From assembly GCA_017499595.2 (NCBI GenBank), contig CM039004.1, positions 1,612,001 through 1,676,000 of the forward strand: a DNA stretch of 64,000 nucleotides, written 5' to 3'. The notes below the pieces were generated by a model. That model made no database searches. It saw nothing but the letters and a program-made list of their open reading frames with translations, and was not told the origin of the DNA. This DNA is from Psilocybe cubensis (Eukaryota). Below are positions 11,991 through 25,755 of this stretch, piece after piece. Both the position numbers and the translations under genes were made by a program. Each line of letters begins with the position of its first letter. Position 1 is the stretch's first letter.

Positions 11991-14900
11991 TTACTCCGTC
12001 TTCGTCTTGTCTCCTGGCGCCTGAGTAGATCTATCTGGCAACACTGCCGCGATTTCGTCTATCTTCTTGAATTGCCACGGGAAACGAGATGGGTACAAAA
12101 AGGGGCGAAGGTCAAATCCTATTGGAATGTTAGACATATTGGCGCAGTATAGTATATCTCACTCACTGTTATCGTCGGGACTGTATGATTCCTAAAGAAT
12201 GGATTGTTTCAGCTCATCATCATGATAAAATTATCATGAACAAACTAACAGCATGATAGGCAGGCGTCAACGTGGTCATCTTGTGTCGATTTCTTGCGTG
12301 TTCGAAGAAGAACAGTTTGACTTTCTCAGCAATCTGAATGGATGACACAATTATACTCTATTAAGTCTGGTAGGAATTACACTTACCTGTACAGGCGATA
12401 AGAAAGACCCCCATTCATGAACAAGTTTCGTAAAACTGCTGTAGGGCCCGCATTTCTCGATTTTTCGAAGGCGTCCAAAGACGGATAACTCATCATATGT
12501 CATCCCCATATCTGCCTAAGCATCCATAATGTTACGAATGACAACCTGTCATAGACAATGAGCAAAATACCTCGTCAGACTGAACATATGTCTCTGTAAT
12601 GGGTTCCAATTCAGCAGTGGGGACTGCGTCTAAGAAACTATTCCGCTGTCACAAAGGTGCCGAAGGTCCAATAATGGAGCAAAAAATACCTTCGCAAAAT
12701 TGGCAGATTAAACGAATATTCAGCATATGCTATAAACTTTTTCAGGTCGGTTTTGCTGATACCACCAATTGGGTTAATATCAGCTGCAAATATGCCAACG
12801 TCAGCAAGACATATATTTTAATAGAACCATACTCACCCGAAGAACAGTCATACTTGGTAAGATAGCCACGAAGACTGTAGCTTGCTTTAGTGTCGCTCCA
12901 AAAAAGAATGTTTGTATTAAAAACCTTTCATCGACGTTGGCACTTCCAAGGACAAGCAATCCCCCATTTTTACCTCTAACCCAAGGTAAAAGCTGAGCAA
13001 ACATGTATGCGAGAACCATTCTCAGTCTAGCCTAAAAAGTCTAGATGTTAGAATTAGTCAAGTTGTCGAGTGGTCCAAAATCTCACTTGTATGTTTTGTA
13101 ACGCCAGGTTTTCTGCATTTGAGCCGCCTTGGGATCTGAATTGAGGGCGAGCCCCGGTGACGAATCCGAAAAGTTGTCGAACCGCAGTGACAACACTGTC
13201 CATGTTAAGATCTATGTGATAACTAAATATTTGTTAGATTAAAGAACTCCGAATCAAAATCAAGCCCTTTACCCGCCAATTGCCTCTGAAAGTTGTTTAG
13301 CTCTTTGTCTGGTTTCATTGCTGGAATTCTCCGTGCCCATGTAACAAGTATGGAATATTCTATTTGAAAATTCACGGGGATCGAGTGGCAGGTACTCTGA
13401 ATCTTCGGGTTCGCCAGTCATCCGTCTTGCGTCTGCAATGACTTGTCTTTCTGAACAGAGCGAATCAGTGAAATGATTTTTAAGTCCCCTTTCGGACAAT
13501 GAACTAATTTGTCACCTCCCCTGGCGGCAGCTTCTGCAACCAGTCTGCACATAGAGTATACAATGACGGCAGTAGCGCAGCTATCAATTCCACCGCTAAG
13601 AGGAATAAAATAACCCTGAGTTCGTGAGCGCCGCAAGTAATCCCAAAGCCAGCAAGCAGGGCCTAGGCTAGAAAAATATGTAAACATGGGGTGTTGAGTG
13701 ATCTTCGCTTTGTTGATTTAGACGCTGCAGTACTTACGCAATTTCCTCCTCGGGAAGATGATATTTCACAGGAATAGATTTACTTCCTATAAGACCAGCC
13801 ATATCTTCTTCCTTTATTTCATCAAATTTGCCTCTTGTTAGAGCGAAGTCGACTTCCACTCTATGGTAAGATTCTGATGATGCAGCTTGCATGCTTCTAC
13901 TTGACTTTGCTCGATGAGCCCTGACATCTTCGATATCGACCGTTGCAGTCACAACTTCAACGTCCGATAAAGAAAATTGAGACCCTTGAGCTACCACTCG
14001 CCCATTAACCGCTATCATGGCACAGCCGTCGTAGTATAGACGATCGCCGTCACATCCTTGTTGGTTGGCGTATAAGTATATACCTCCAAGCTAGAAGTAC
14101 TTCAGGTGAATAGAAAAATAGAAGCACGTCTGTAGATACCTTTAAAGTTGCTTCTTTGATCAATTCAACTCGACGATATAGCTTTCTCAACTCGTGGTGA
14201 CTTCCGCTTGAGTTTGTGAATATTTCTACGCCATCCAGACCCATGAGTATGTGTGGACTAAGGACATGGATCAGCCTATTTAACATTGTAAAAAATACTG
14301 TGAACTACCAACCTAGCAGGTGTAAAGAGTTCTTCACATAGTTCTACCCCAATACACGTATCCACAGTACTAATTACCGCGTCACCGAACGGAACTTTAG
14401 TCTGTTACAAGGGTTGAGAATATGTCGATTCATATTATGTATGATGTATGACCTGTTTAGTAACTGCCTGGATGATTCGAGGCAAATAATGATCTTCCCA
14501 TTGCCTATGCTTCGTCCAAGGGGTGAAATACCGCAATTCCCGATAATTTCCGTCGTTGGCTAGCCACATTTTGGGACGGATAAGTAATACCTTTTTGTCA
14601 TGAACAATAACACGACAATTATAAATGACGTTCTTATGGACCACGGGCCTAAATCGATATAAGCAAAGCTGATGGGCCTCATGAAGACAAGGCGAACTCA
14701 CATTCCAATGTCACAAATTATTCCCATCGTTTCCTCGGAAGACAGAATCTTTGCGAGTACCTCCCAAGAATGAAGGATCGTATCACCTATGCTGATGGTC
14801 AGCAATGATCCTAGATTCATAATGATATACTAACCTTCGAGAAAGTGGTCTAGACAACCATATCCACTGTCATGTATCTCAGTATTTTGCAAGAGATAAT

Positions 14901-15229
14901 TAACCAAAGAACAGAGCTTACGGAATTTCAAGTTCTGGACCTACTCGCAAAGTCGCTCCACGTTCCTTTGCAATGGCGATACTTGCTAAAATTCGTTCAT
15001 AGTTTCCCTGGCCATGTATTAGGAGAACTGTGAGAAGCACTCCCTACTAACAGCATACCCACCTGAAAATCTAAAGCCCATTGATTGAGAGAGCTTGATC
15101 TTGATCAAAAATAGTAGTAGCATTGGTAAAGCAAAGAATATACCATCTTGAGAAGGCATGGCTTAGTTGGTGACGGGGTTAAGGAAGTAAGGACAAAGTT
15201 TACGTAGCCAATGTGATGAGGTGACCCAT
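11991..15229 (-). CDS. QNS1: Glutamine-dependent NAD+ synthetase, about 21 exons including a 3-nt microexon
   Basis: [111 protein letters not shown]. Confidence 0.97.
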
Positions 15230-15639
15230 CCCGGCCCGTCTTGCAAACGTTTGGCTAGTTTGTTATCGTCGATTTCGTGACGGTAGTTGCACTAAGGCAA
15301 AGACAAATTCAGAGCACAGATGGTGGAGAATCTCCGAGGTGTTGTTATCAAGAACGAAGAGACAACAAACCTCCCAACTGTTTGTGAAGTCCGGCCCGGA
15401 CTTGTTTCGGGATTGCGCCACCGCGCGGCCTCTCTTAGACTCTCATTCTCTCATGTGTCGGTGTGCGTGTAAAGTGTCAGAAGAAATGAAAATTCTATAC
15501 GTGCTCTATGTGATGATAAGCAAAAAGGGAATAAGGATGCAAGAGGTATTACTGAATGTAGAAGAAATAATGAACATGCAATGATACTAGTACTTTACAA
15601 CGAAATAAGGGAATACACCAAGTTGATACTCAGATGCCT

Positions 15640-18600
15640 CTACGCAGTGGTATTCGAATACGAGGGAGGGGCTAAGAAGGACATCAACAACCGATACACA
15701 GTGGAAGCTAAACCAGAAGACGTACCTGGCGAACGACTGCCAGATTTGAGGAGAGAAGCCAATGTAGATCTTTCTTCGTCCGAGAAGTTGTCGGCGAGGC
15801 GAACAAGACCATCCAAGATAACTTTACGGTCGCTCTTCGTCAACTCGATCATCTGCCTCAAAAGATGGTCCGCCTTGAGTTGAGCGACTGTCTGAGAAAG
15901 GTCCAACTTCTCAAGGGCTTCAGCCACTTGGCGATAGTCGGTATCTGAATCGATACCAGCCAGTGAATCAAGCAAGCGTGAGCGATATTGGTACGTTGCC
16001 TCAGGGGTCGCCTCCGCAAGGATTGCCAGAGCGCTGGATCGGGCTACACGTGCACGCAGAGCCCAGTAGAAGTGACGCCTGGCATTCTTCCAAACAGCAG
16101 GTTTGGCGCAACCTTTGGCTTCCATACGACCAGAGCGACTAATTACACTGTCAGTCAAACAGAGGAGCGATCAAAAAAATATACTTACTCATGAAGATCA
16201 GCATATAACAACGCGATCTGCTTGTACGTCGGTTGGAGTAGGGTCTCCCGTTCAGTGAGGGCGGCAGATGCGGCGGCACGTTGTTCAGGGGATTTCGAGG
16301 CATCCTTACTATCGCGCTTCAAGGAGGCATATGTAGAATCCAGCCTTTCCATGAGGGACAAAATCTTGTCACGGCGCATCTTAATCTCAACGATACCTTC
16401 AGGTTCGAGGACACCGGCACGAGCTTCGACATCGGCATACATTTCCATCTGCTCAGAATTGATGGATGGGTCAAGGACAACCCAGGCACCTCCGCGAAGT
16501 TCACCATTCGGGACAATGTACACGAAGACAGGTTGCTTGTAGCTTGAAAGTCCATCGACAATCTTCGAGCCCTGCTTCAAGATCTCGTCGTACATGTCTT
16601 GTTGTCCACCAGAGAATCCACGCCAGTTGGCGAAGATAATCAATGGCAGACCCTCCCTGTTGAAATCGAAAATAGCTTGAGCAGTCTTGTAGGCAGAGTT
16701 GGGGTACCACACTTGGCCAGCTTCCATGATACGCTGCTCGAATGAAGAGGGATTAGCGGGATCGGCAGGGACGACACGTTCGATGGTGCGGGTTTCGACA
16801 GCAATGACACCCATGGGGATTCCGCCAAGGCGAGCACGTCCAACGACAACTGTTTGCGCCCATCCGCTGAGTGTCTCTTGGAACGAGTCCTTGTCGAAGA
16901 AGCCGCTGAGATACTCCGACGAAGTCTCGTCAACTTTGCCTTCGATAAACCAACGTGGGTCATAGGCTCCTTTAGGGGGAGTGTAGTCGATGTCTCGATC
17001 CCAAGTATCAGGTGACATGCGAATGGGGAGAGGACCATTTTTGATTTCGGGGACGTAGGAGAGCCATTCTAAGATGTGGCTGGCGCCCTGTAAATCGCTG
17101 CTGGCTGTCAAGTGAGACACACCGTTCTTGAACATGATCTGGGTACCTCCCAGTTGGAGATTAGAGGTATAGACCTCTCTACCAAGAACCTTGTTCAAAG
17201 CAGGAGCCCCAGTCAAAATGATAGGTTGACCCTCGACCTGGACTGCACGTTCTCCCAGACGAACGAGATAAGCCCCAATACCAACTGAACGGGCGGTCAC
17301 CAACGTGATGGTGAAAATATCTTCATACGCCCTAGAAGTTTCCCCGGCAATGAGACCAGAACCTTTCAAACATTCAACACCAAGGCCATCTTGAAGGCCA
17401 ATGACATCCGTAATCTTGAAACGGCGTTCACCGTCCTCTTCAATCTCCACTGCCCTGACAGAGTCCGGTCCTTTCTCCTTGAGTTTAAGATAATTTTCAG
17501 GAGTGAGATAGAGGTAGTTGACACCCTTTTCAGGACGGGCAGGGTCGTTCCAAGCGGCAGAGAATAAAGGCAGAGCTTCTTCTGCCAAACCAATTCGAGC
17601 ACCCGAGTTGGCCGACAAGTAAATGCGAGGCAAGCCCAAATCACGAGCGTACTGAGTGACAAGATAAAAGAATTGATCTTCAGATGGACCGAAGGAACCA
17701 ATCTTATAGGTGATGTCGTTGGCAACGACGACAGCTTTGCGTCCTTGAGGGAACTCCGGTGTCCTCAAGGTGAAAACCCACCCAACCATTCCACAAGTGT
17801 TATTGCCTGGTGCCCTGTCGACAAGAGCAAGTTTGTCGTGCTCGTCCAAAACGAGTTCCCTTGACTCCAGGAAGACTTTGGGAAGAACCAAAGAGGGGTC
17901 TGTCTTACGGGCCTTGTTCCAAACGTTGTGGAGAGCTTTGGAGAAAAGATCAGGGAAATCATACACATAAGTTGTGCCAATAAGATGAGCCTGGTAACGC
18001 TTGGGTTGAAGAGACTCCTTGGTAGGATACGCTTGATGAACTGGTTGAAGGTGCAAAGGACCCTTTTCACCGATGGACTTGAGGATGGTGGTGCCCTTAT
18101 CCGTGGTGATTTCTTGGTATCCACGGAAGTTTACGACGAAACCAGAGACATTCTCAATAATGCATCGGATCGGAGTAACATTGCCATCACTATCCTCCAA
18201 GGCGATACGAATTTCAGAGCCAGTAACGTGGAGGCGCCACAAACGTTTACCGTGACGTTCGATAAACCCGGATATAGCGGCCAGAACGTCCTCGTATTCG
18301 ACAGCTAGGTTGTATACGAAGTTCATGAAGATATGGTTACAATCAGCATTTCTGTGCTCTGCACTGACGATTTCGAGAGCGTCAAGGATGCTTGTTACCA
18401 GTCGGTCAGTTTCCGAGATAAGATATTCAGCTGTAGTCATCGAGCCACGTAGACGACCGGGTCTAACGAGCGCGCGGATGAAGAATCGGTTATCAAGCTG
18501 ATTTTCGCGAGCAATGGCATGGTAGATGTGGATCTGCTTCGCCTCGACGAAGCATGGAGTCAAGTTGTAGTTGGAAAGGCGGCTCAGCTCAAGCTGGAAA

Positions 18601-21600
18601 GCCAAAGCAGGTTCGATGTTACGAATAGCTTCCTCTTCCTTCCAAACACCATCGAAATCACGCAAAGTAAAATAGACAGGATATTGTCCGCGACGGCACA
18701 AAAGAATTGACATGCGTCGAACACCGCGGTGGGCTAGGATCTCCTGATGGTTATTGACGAAGTCAATCACAACTTTGTTCCACTCGTTCTCAGGCATATC
18801 ATCCTCGTCACGGAAAATACGAAGAGCAATATTGACAACATTTGGTGCTTGACTGTTAGGGCCGTATCGCTCGGAGAATTCTTGACCATCGAATGCGGGG
18901 AGCATTGAGACAACTTTAACGAAGCCTTTTGCCATGGCTTTGACGTTGGGGAACGAAGCGATAGTTCCAGTGCGAACGGGCTGAGACTGGTGTCGGTTTA
19001 TCATATAGGTAAGATCACTGACAGACGCCGAGCGGAGGGGAGGTCCTCTGTGGATACGTCAGTTCACACGCGATACTTGATGAGACGATTATGGCTCACC
19101 CAAAAGCAATGCGTGGAGTATCGGGAGGAGAGTGCGACTGGCCTAGGTTGAAACGCCACGTTACAACAGTGGGGACTTCTCCATCATCAAGGGTGTCGCC
19201 TTCTTCGTAATCAATGGAAAGCAAATTATATGCTTTATAGGCGCGCCTAATATACACCTCGTAGGCAGCTGTGCAGTCCCAATCAAAAAATTGAACATAG
19301 ATATAAATTGCAGGTACAAACCAAGTCGAACCATTGGATCATCGTGGTTGAAAAAGGCCGGCAAGACGTCGTAGACAACATATCGTGAATCTGTAAGTTC
19401 CCTGAGAACTTCGGCCGAGGGGGTCCTTGAGCATGTATCAGTACTGCTCGTAAGTTATGAAGCGAGAAAATATACCTCGGTGCTTGGCCTGATTCACCGT
19501 AGTAATTGTTGGTCACTGAATTCTTAAGGACCGATTCCATTTGAACCAAACGTTCCTCATAGGAAGGCATCTGGCCAAGAATGAGGACTTCGCGGGCTTT
19601 CAATGACACCGAGGTAGACGACCTGATGTAGCGAGATTAGCATGTATTTTATGAAATGTCATTACACGTACTTAGCCTCGAGGGAAGCAAGGTCTTGTAG
19701 CACCTTGAAAAGTCGGCTCTCTGGATTAGAAACCGTGATGTTGCTGCTCTTGACATAGTCCAAAATAGCAAGGACAAGTTTGGCCTTGCCTTGGACCTTG
19801 ATGTGGCTAAGGACCAGGCTTACAGCGGTATCGAGGTTATCTTTGTATTGATCACGGAGTGCAAGTACACGAGCCTCAATGCTCCCACCGAAGAGCTTTT
19901 CAGTGGCTTCGTAGCGCGACAACAATGTGGCGATAGTTTCCGTGATGTAATTCTTCAACCCTCCACTGAAACGTTCAACAACGTCACACAGGGGAACAAT
20001 CTTGGAACGGAACATTGCGCGGTCTTGAGGAAGTATCGAATCTTGGATGTAGTGGTCAATGAGCTTTTTGACGCGAACGGCGGGGAATTCTGTGTTTGGT
20101 CCCTTGGCTTTAGCAGCCTCGATGGCAGCACGGATATTGTCCTCCAATTTCTGAGGAATTCTCCCAGAGAGCGACGAAAGGATGGCATTGATCTCAGAGT
20201 AAGGAAGCTGAGAATCGTGCAAAACCTCTATGAATTCCTTGAAGGTAGAATTCATGACCGACTGATTATCAAATCCGTCCAAAATGTCGTTCAAAACGCC
20301 GAGGCAGCGAGCCAGACGTTGATGAGGTTTGTTCCCAACAACACCCGGAGAACCCATTGGTGGGAGAAGGCCTTCAAAAGGTTTAGCGTGCTTCACCCGA
20401 GCGGGGTCATCAAGGGTAAGAACACCAAGGATGTCACCAGGTTCCAGACTGACTCCAGGCTGCTTGATCAGCTGAATAATACCGTCTTCAGTAGCGACCA
20501 GAGGCATATACATTTTCATGACCTTGGGAAGTGATACTCAGTAGATGTTGGATCCGTATTGTAGTGATAAACATACCTCAATCTCAGCGTACTGGTCACC
20601 AGCTTTGACATGGTCACCACTGTCGAGGAAGTATCTGATGAGCTTTCCGGGACTGGGACTTCTTAGCTGAGTGGGATCGTTTTCTTGTTCAATCAAGCAC
20701 GTTTTGGCATCGACCATCAATCGGAGAGCGCCTACTTCCTCTCGCCAGTATATAGAATGGCTCTTGCCATCCAATAGCACCAACAATCCACCATCCGCCA
20801 AAGCACGGGCACCAACCATGGTACGTCCGCCATTTAAATACAAGGTCCAGACTGTCGACGATGATCGGGCCGCAGTGAAGGAGTAACGAGTGTTTTCATA
20901 GATAAAGTCAATGCCGAAGACTGTACGGAGGACATCGCGACCGGGCACTTGACCCTTATCAAGAATGCGCTTGTACTCAGTCCAACAAGCCTCGGAAGCA
21001 AGGTAAGCCTTGGTGACGGCTCCACACACTACGGCAAGAGTCGCATCAGGACGCTCGGCGGTGAGTTTGTTGCTGATAAGAGAGTCGAGCCATCCAGTGG
21101 TGATGGTGTTCTCCTTGAAAGCTTCAAGTTCCAGGAGTTTGATGAGATATTCGACTGTCGTGCGGAAGTCTCCCCTAATGCTAAGCTCTTTCAAGGCGAC
21201 GATCATATTCTTACGACTCTCCCCACGGTCTTCACCGTACGCAAAGATGTGACCAAACTGGGAATCGGCGAATTCGTGCAGACCACCGGCGGTGCTGACA
21301 GAGAAGTAACCCCACACATTAGTGCTGGAACGGAAATTAAGTTCCTGGATGGAGCCCGACGAGGGTTTAAAACCCGCATCAGGGTTCTCGGCGGTGATGC
21401 GAACAGCGACGACGTGACCCTTAGGGCGAGGCTTGCGCTGCAACTTGCTAGAATCAGGGTTGGTCATGTCGAAGTCGATTTCTGAGGTACCGTTGGGCGC
21501 AACTCCGTAAAGCTGTCGAATATCACGAATGCGATGGAGAGGGATACCCATAGCGATTTGGAGCTGTGCGGCTGGAAGGTTGACGCCGGTAACCATCTCG

Positions 21601-22977
21601 GTGGTAGGATGCTCGACTTGAAGACGGGGATTCAACTCCAAGAAGTAGAAGTAATCTTCCGAATGGCTATAAAGATCTAAAAGCAAATGTGAATATCATG
21701 AAAAGGAAAAATGAGAAAGGAGAAAAGTACACACATTCCACAGTACCAGCACTAACATAACCGACAAGTTTCGACAGGCGAACGGCTGCACGTTCCATTT
21801 GTTCGAAAGTCTCTTCCTTTGCAATAGTGACTGGTGCTTCTTCAATGATCTTCTGGTGGCGACGTTGAACAGAGCAGTCACGACCGAAAAGCGATATAGC
21901 ATCGCCATACTGATCGGCAAGAAGTTGCACCTCTAAATGGCGAGCCTGACCAGCAAGTTTCATGATGAATATGGGGGAGCCTGTATAAACTATTAGGTCT
22001 TATTTTACACGATGTAAATCATAACATACCAGGAATCTCTCCAGCTACAGCGTGGTATGCGTTTTTGAACGCTTCTGGTGCCTCAACCTTACGGATACCT
22101 TTTCCTCCACCCCCTTCACTGGCCTTAATCATGACAGGCCACCCAATCTGCTCGGCTTTCTTCAAACCTTCTTCGACGGAAGTCACACAAGCATCGGCGT
22201 ATGCCCTGTCGGGAACTGTAACGTAGCCGGCCTCTGAGAGAACAGTATCCGTAATGCCAGTGCCGGACCATGGCATGGTGGGGACATTGGCGCTTTGGGC
22301 AACAATGGTGGAAGAAATTTTGTCACCCAAACTTCTCATTGCACTTCCTGGTGGTCCAATAAAGACTATTTTGTGCTTACTGGCCGCCAAACTCTCAGGC
22401 AGGCGGGGATTTTCTGAGGCATGGCCCCATCCCGCCCATACGGCGTGGACGCCAGCACGCTCAGCGACATCGACAATGAGGTCAACGTTGGCGTAATTGT
22501 TATTGTTACTCCCACCGGGGACCTCAATATAACGGTCCGCCATCCTGATATATTCTGCGTTGACTTTCAAGTCCTCTGGGGTCGCCATTACGGTGAACTC
22601 GACCTCTCTTTCACGACCGAATGTCTCGTAACTCCATTGACGGATGGATCTGATTTCCTTAACGGCGGCAATACCTAATTTAATAAGCAGTTAGAGGAAA
22701 TAATGTAATTAGCAACATGGCGGCGAACCGTTATTTGCAATAAGAACCTAAGTACAGTGGTGTCAGAAAAGGATACAGAGACGCATAAGAACAACGAACT
22801 TTCGTGATGACGGTGTGACCGCCATTCGCCTTTACAAAATCATGAACGCTGCTGGGCGGTGCTGCCTCCAGCGAGTTACCACCTGGGGGATAATGATTCA
22901 ATAAAAGAAGCCGACACGCCAAGAGAGCGCGTCATACCTATGAACTGCTGGACGCGAGAATGGTCGTAGGCCGACAT
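15640..22977 (-). CDS. ACC1: Acetyl-CoA carboxylase (BC-BCCP-CT)
   Basis: [38 protein letters not shown], biotinylation motif EIE|VMKM, Snf1-site-like RSASVSDL, and CT motifs ANSGARIG and ANWRGFSGG. Confidence 0.99.
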
Positions 22978-23739
22978 AGCTGAGTCTATGTATGACACGG
23001 GGAGCGAGCACGAAGCAAGCTTGTGGGGGGAAGGAAGAAGGGGGAGAAGGTAAGGTTGGTGGTTTAATATGTAGACTGGGGACAGAATTATGATCGACCC
23101 CAAAATTCTGTGATGTCGCTTACCTCAGCCATGTCGGAGGCAGGGTTGTCTTCTTTCTGCAGTCACTCCGATGCTTGCCGCGCTTGTTTCTTCGGATTCT
23201 CACCCAATCTCCAACGGAACACCCGGACTCAGTCTGTAATGAGAATAGAGTGCACTTCAATCGCCAGTTTCTGCCGAATTTCCATCATGCTTCACACGGC
23301 CCGCAAATCCTGAACTCCTTTTGAGCCAACTGTTAGGGTTACACCCGAATGGAGGAGACATAAGCACAGAAGACTGCTTGTATACGGTATCACCTTGCGG
23401 TTTACATCTCCTCATGCAGAGGTTAGATGCTGCACACGCACTGCGTGTTATCTTGCATTGCATGGCATCCTGAGACTATCTCTACTTGTTCCGTAAGAAG
23501 TCAGGGAGTGTGAATGCTATTCGCCACTCATGGGCTTTTTGAGTCTCCTCTGCACCAAGGTGGGAGTCTAGTTAGATGTATATCGCACACCAATGGTCTT
23601 TTACTCTTGGCTTGATAAAGCGATAAATAACATCGCACTGTGTGAGGGATCCATCCGTATGATTGGGCTACACCGAGTTGATTGATAACTAGAAGTACAT
23701 GCAAATGAACTTGATTGTCACAAGCAGAATCGCTCATCC

Positions 23740-24906
23740 TCATCGAGATACCATTGTGCGTCCGCTACATCAGAAAATAAGCTCGCCATCTGGAATCATA
23801 CTGATAGTCAACATACCTCGCGGTTTTTCTCTCGGTTGTGGCTACCTCCGTCTTTGCTCTGTTGAGGACCTTCTGGAATTCGGTGACACGATGCCTCATT
23901 CTTGAGTGCATATACGCCTTGGAACATTTGATGTGGTAATGCAAATAATCACGGAATAATTGAATGTGAGAGATCGTGGAAGGTGCGATCGCTGTGGTGA
24001 AATGCTGAGGGAAAAGTACAAATGTAACGTAGCCAATTTCTTCGCTGTTTCTCAGACCAGGGATATGGCGAATCTCAAGTGGGGGATCCCGGCTGGAGTA
24101 GAGTACTTGTGGTGCATTTTGAATAGATGGTTGGCGTCGCGCATCAACGAATTCCTAGGGGCAGAAAATAAACGACTGCGGAGACTCGAGAGTTTGCTCA
24201 TACCTGTAGGAACACTTTCCCAAAGATTCTGTCTGTTTCTTCTCTGAAAACAGTAGAGAATATAACTGTTACACGGTCAGGTGCGGCTTGGATATACATT
24301 GCTTCTTCGTCTCTATAATGGATTTGCATCAATTCCCCCTGTCCCTCTGCCTTTTCCAAGGTTTTCTGCGTATCAAATCCACGTTCAAATGGCGCAGCAA
24401 GGGCATTTCGTTTCAGCAATGCGAGAGACTTCACAAATGCATCGCGAGACTCTGTAAAGACCAATAAACTACATGTCCAATATAGGCAACCTGTGAAACA
24501 TACCCGCATCTGTTGGAACCTGCTCCAAATCGATCACCAAGCTGACATTGTAATCCGGTTCGACCTGACCAGATAACAAAGACCCATATTCCCTCCTCAA
24601 AACGTCGAGCGCGCCATAATGAACTAGCTCATCCCAGCAGCGGATGTTCATAGAAAGTAGCAAGACAGTCTTGCGCTCCGGGGTTGATAGATGGAAACGG
24701 ACGTTGTCATAATCAACAAAGACAACATCGAGAGAGCCTGGCCTTCGCAGAGTAAGATTAGACTTTGACGAGGACTTAACGACGTATATTACTTCAGAAT
24801 CTTCTCCAAGATTGTTGTTTGGATGATAACATTATGAGGCTAGAGGACAACAATAAGTATCATTATCACCCAAAAACTTTGGATGTCATACCTCTAGAAG
24901 AATCAT
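23740..24906 (-). CDS. ARC35: Arp2/3 complex 34-kDa subunit (ARPC2)
   Basis: MILLE|PHNVII, LLKRNALAAPFE, IHYRDEEAMYI, GKVFLQ|EFVDARR, FRDYLHYHIKCSKAYMHSRMR, ending SGRTMVSR*. Confidence 0.96.
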
Positions 24907-25755
24907 GTTGATCTATGACGGGTGGGGCGTATATAAGATGGGGGAGGATAGAATAAAGGTGAGAAACGACCTATCCAGGTATTAGATTGAAGACGGTGGG
25001 CTCAATGACACTTCTATCCTCTCAACGACGTTGATGCCGTCACCAATTTAAATCTCCGATTGGTATGTGCATGCCGCCGGCAAGCGGATAACTTCAACAA
25101 GTGCCTGATCGACGTGCCATGGTTTGTTCAACCTGACCGAGGATTCAAATTCATTGTAACACATTACTCGGTAATTGCTACTTACATTCTGCATTACCAT
25201 TGAAAAACATCTCGGGGAGAAATGGGGATCATGTTGAATAACCGTAACTGCTATAAATCTTACAGGTTATTGAGCACGATGTGGTAGCAAACCCATTAGA
25301 AGATTGTGCACTTGTCTTCAACAACAATGTTTTAGGCTCACAATATTCACCAATAGTATCTGTGTCTTCAGTATCCTTCTAATTGCGTATACAGGTTACT
25401 ACCAGGTGCGAATCGTGATAAATTTGTCCGTCCATTGCTGTTAAACAGAAAGATATCTCCTGTCAGGAGACGAGATAATGAGGGAAAGCCTAAACAGTAA
25501 TGTAGTAAAGTATGAAAAATGAGGTTGAGGTCGTGGTCCGGGCGACAAAGAAAGCCGCACAGAATGCAAAAGTTACAAAGTATATGGATAGGGTCATAGG
25601 GGGAAAAGAGGTAAGGAAAAATGTCTCCAACAGTGTTACGATCTGAATGATTATCCCAGTAAAACGAGTATCGGACAGAAGCCGTGTCCAAAGTAAATTA
25701 ATATGATGTCGATCCTCCGGCCGCGTACAAGCGAAGATATTTCACCAATGTTAAT

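Noticed and set aside
15672-15725. Stop-free in-frame last intron of ACC1 (similar case in DCR2 near 42500-42550)
   Set aside because: Expected by chance among the many short introns here; no evidence of retention.
54-22977. ERG20 + COQ6 + QNS1 + ACC1 as a metabolic or biosynthetic gene cluster
   Set aside because: All are ordinary primary-metabolism genes interleaved with unrelated ones; there is no backbone enzyme and I saw no shared motif.
22978-23103. Non-AUG in-frame N-terminal extension of ACC1 as a mitochondrial isoform
   Set aside because: The extension is Pro/Leu-rich with almost no basic residues; it looks like a pyrimidine-rich 5' UTR.
25350-25375. TAGTATCTGT..TTCAG resembling U2 snRNA
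   Set aside because: Lacks the GTGTAGTA branch-pairing core and the conserved U2 5' end.
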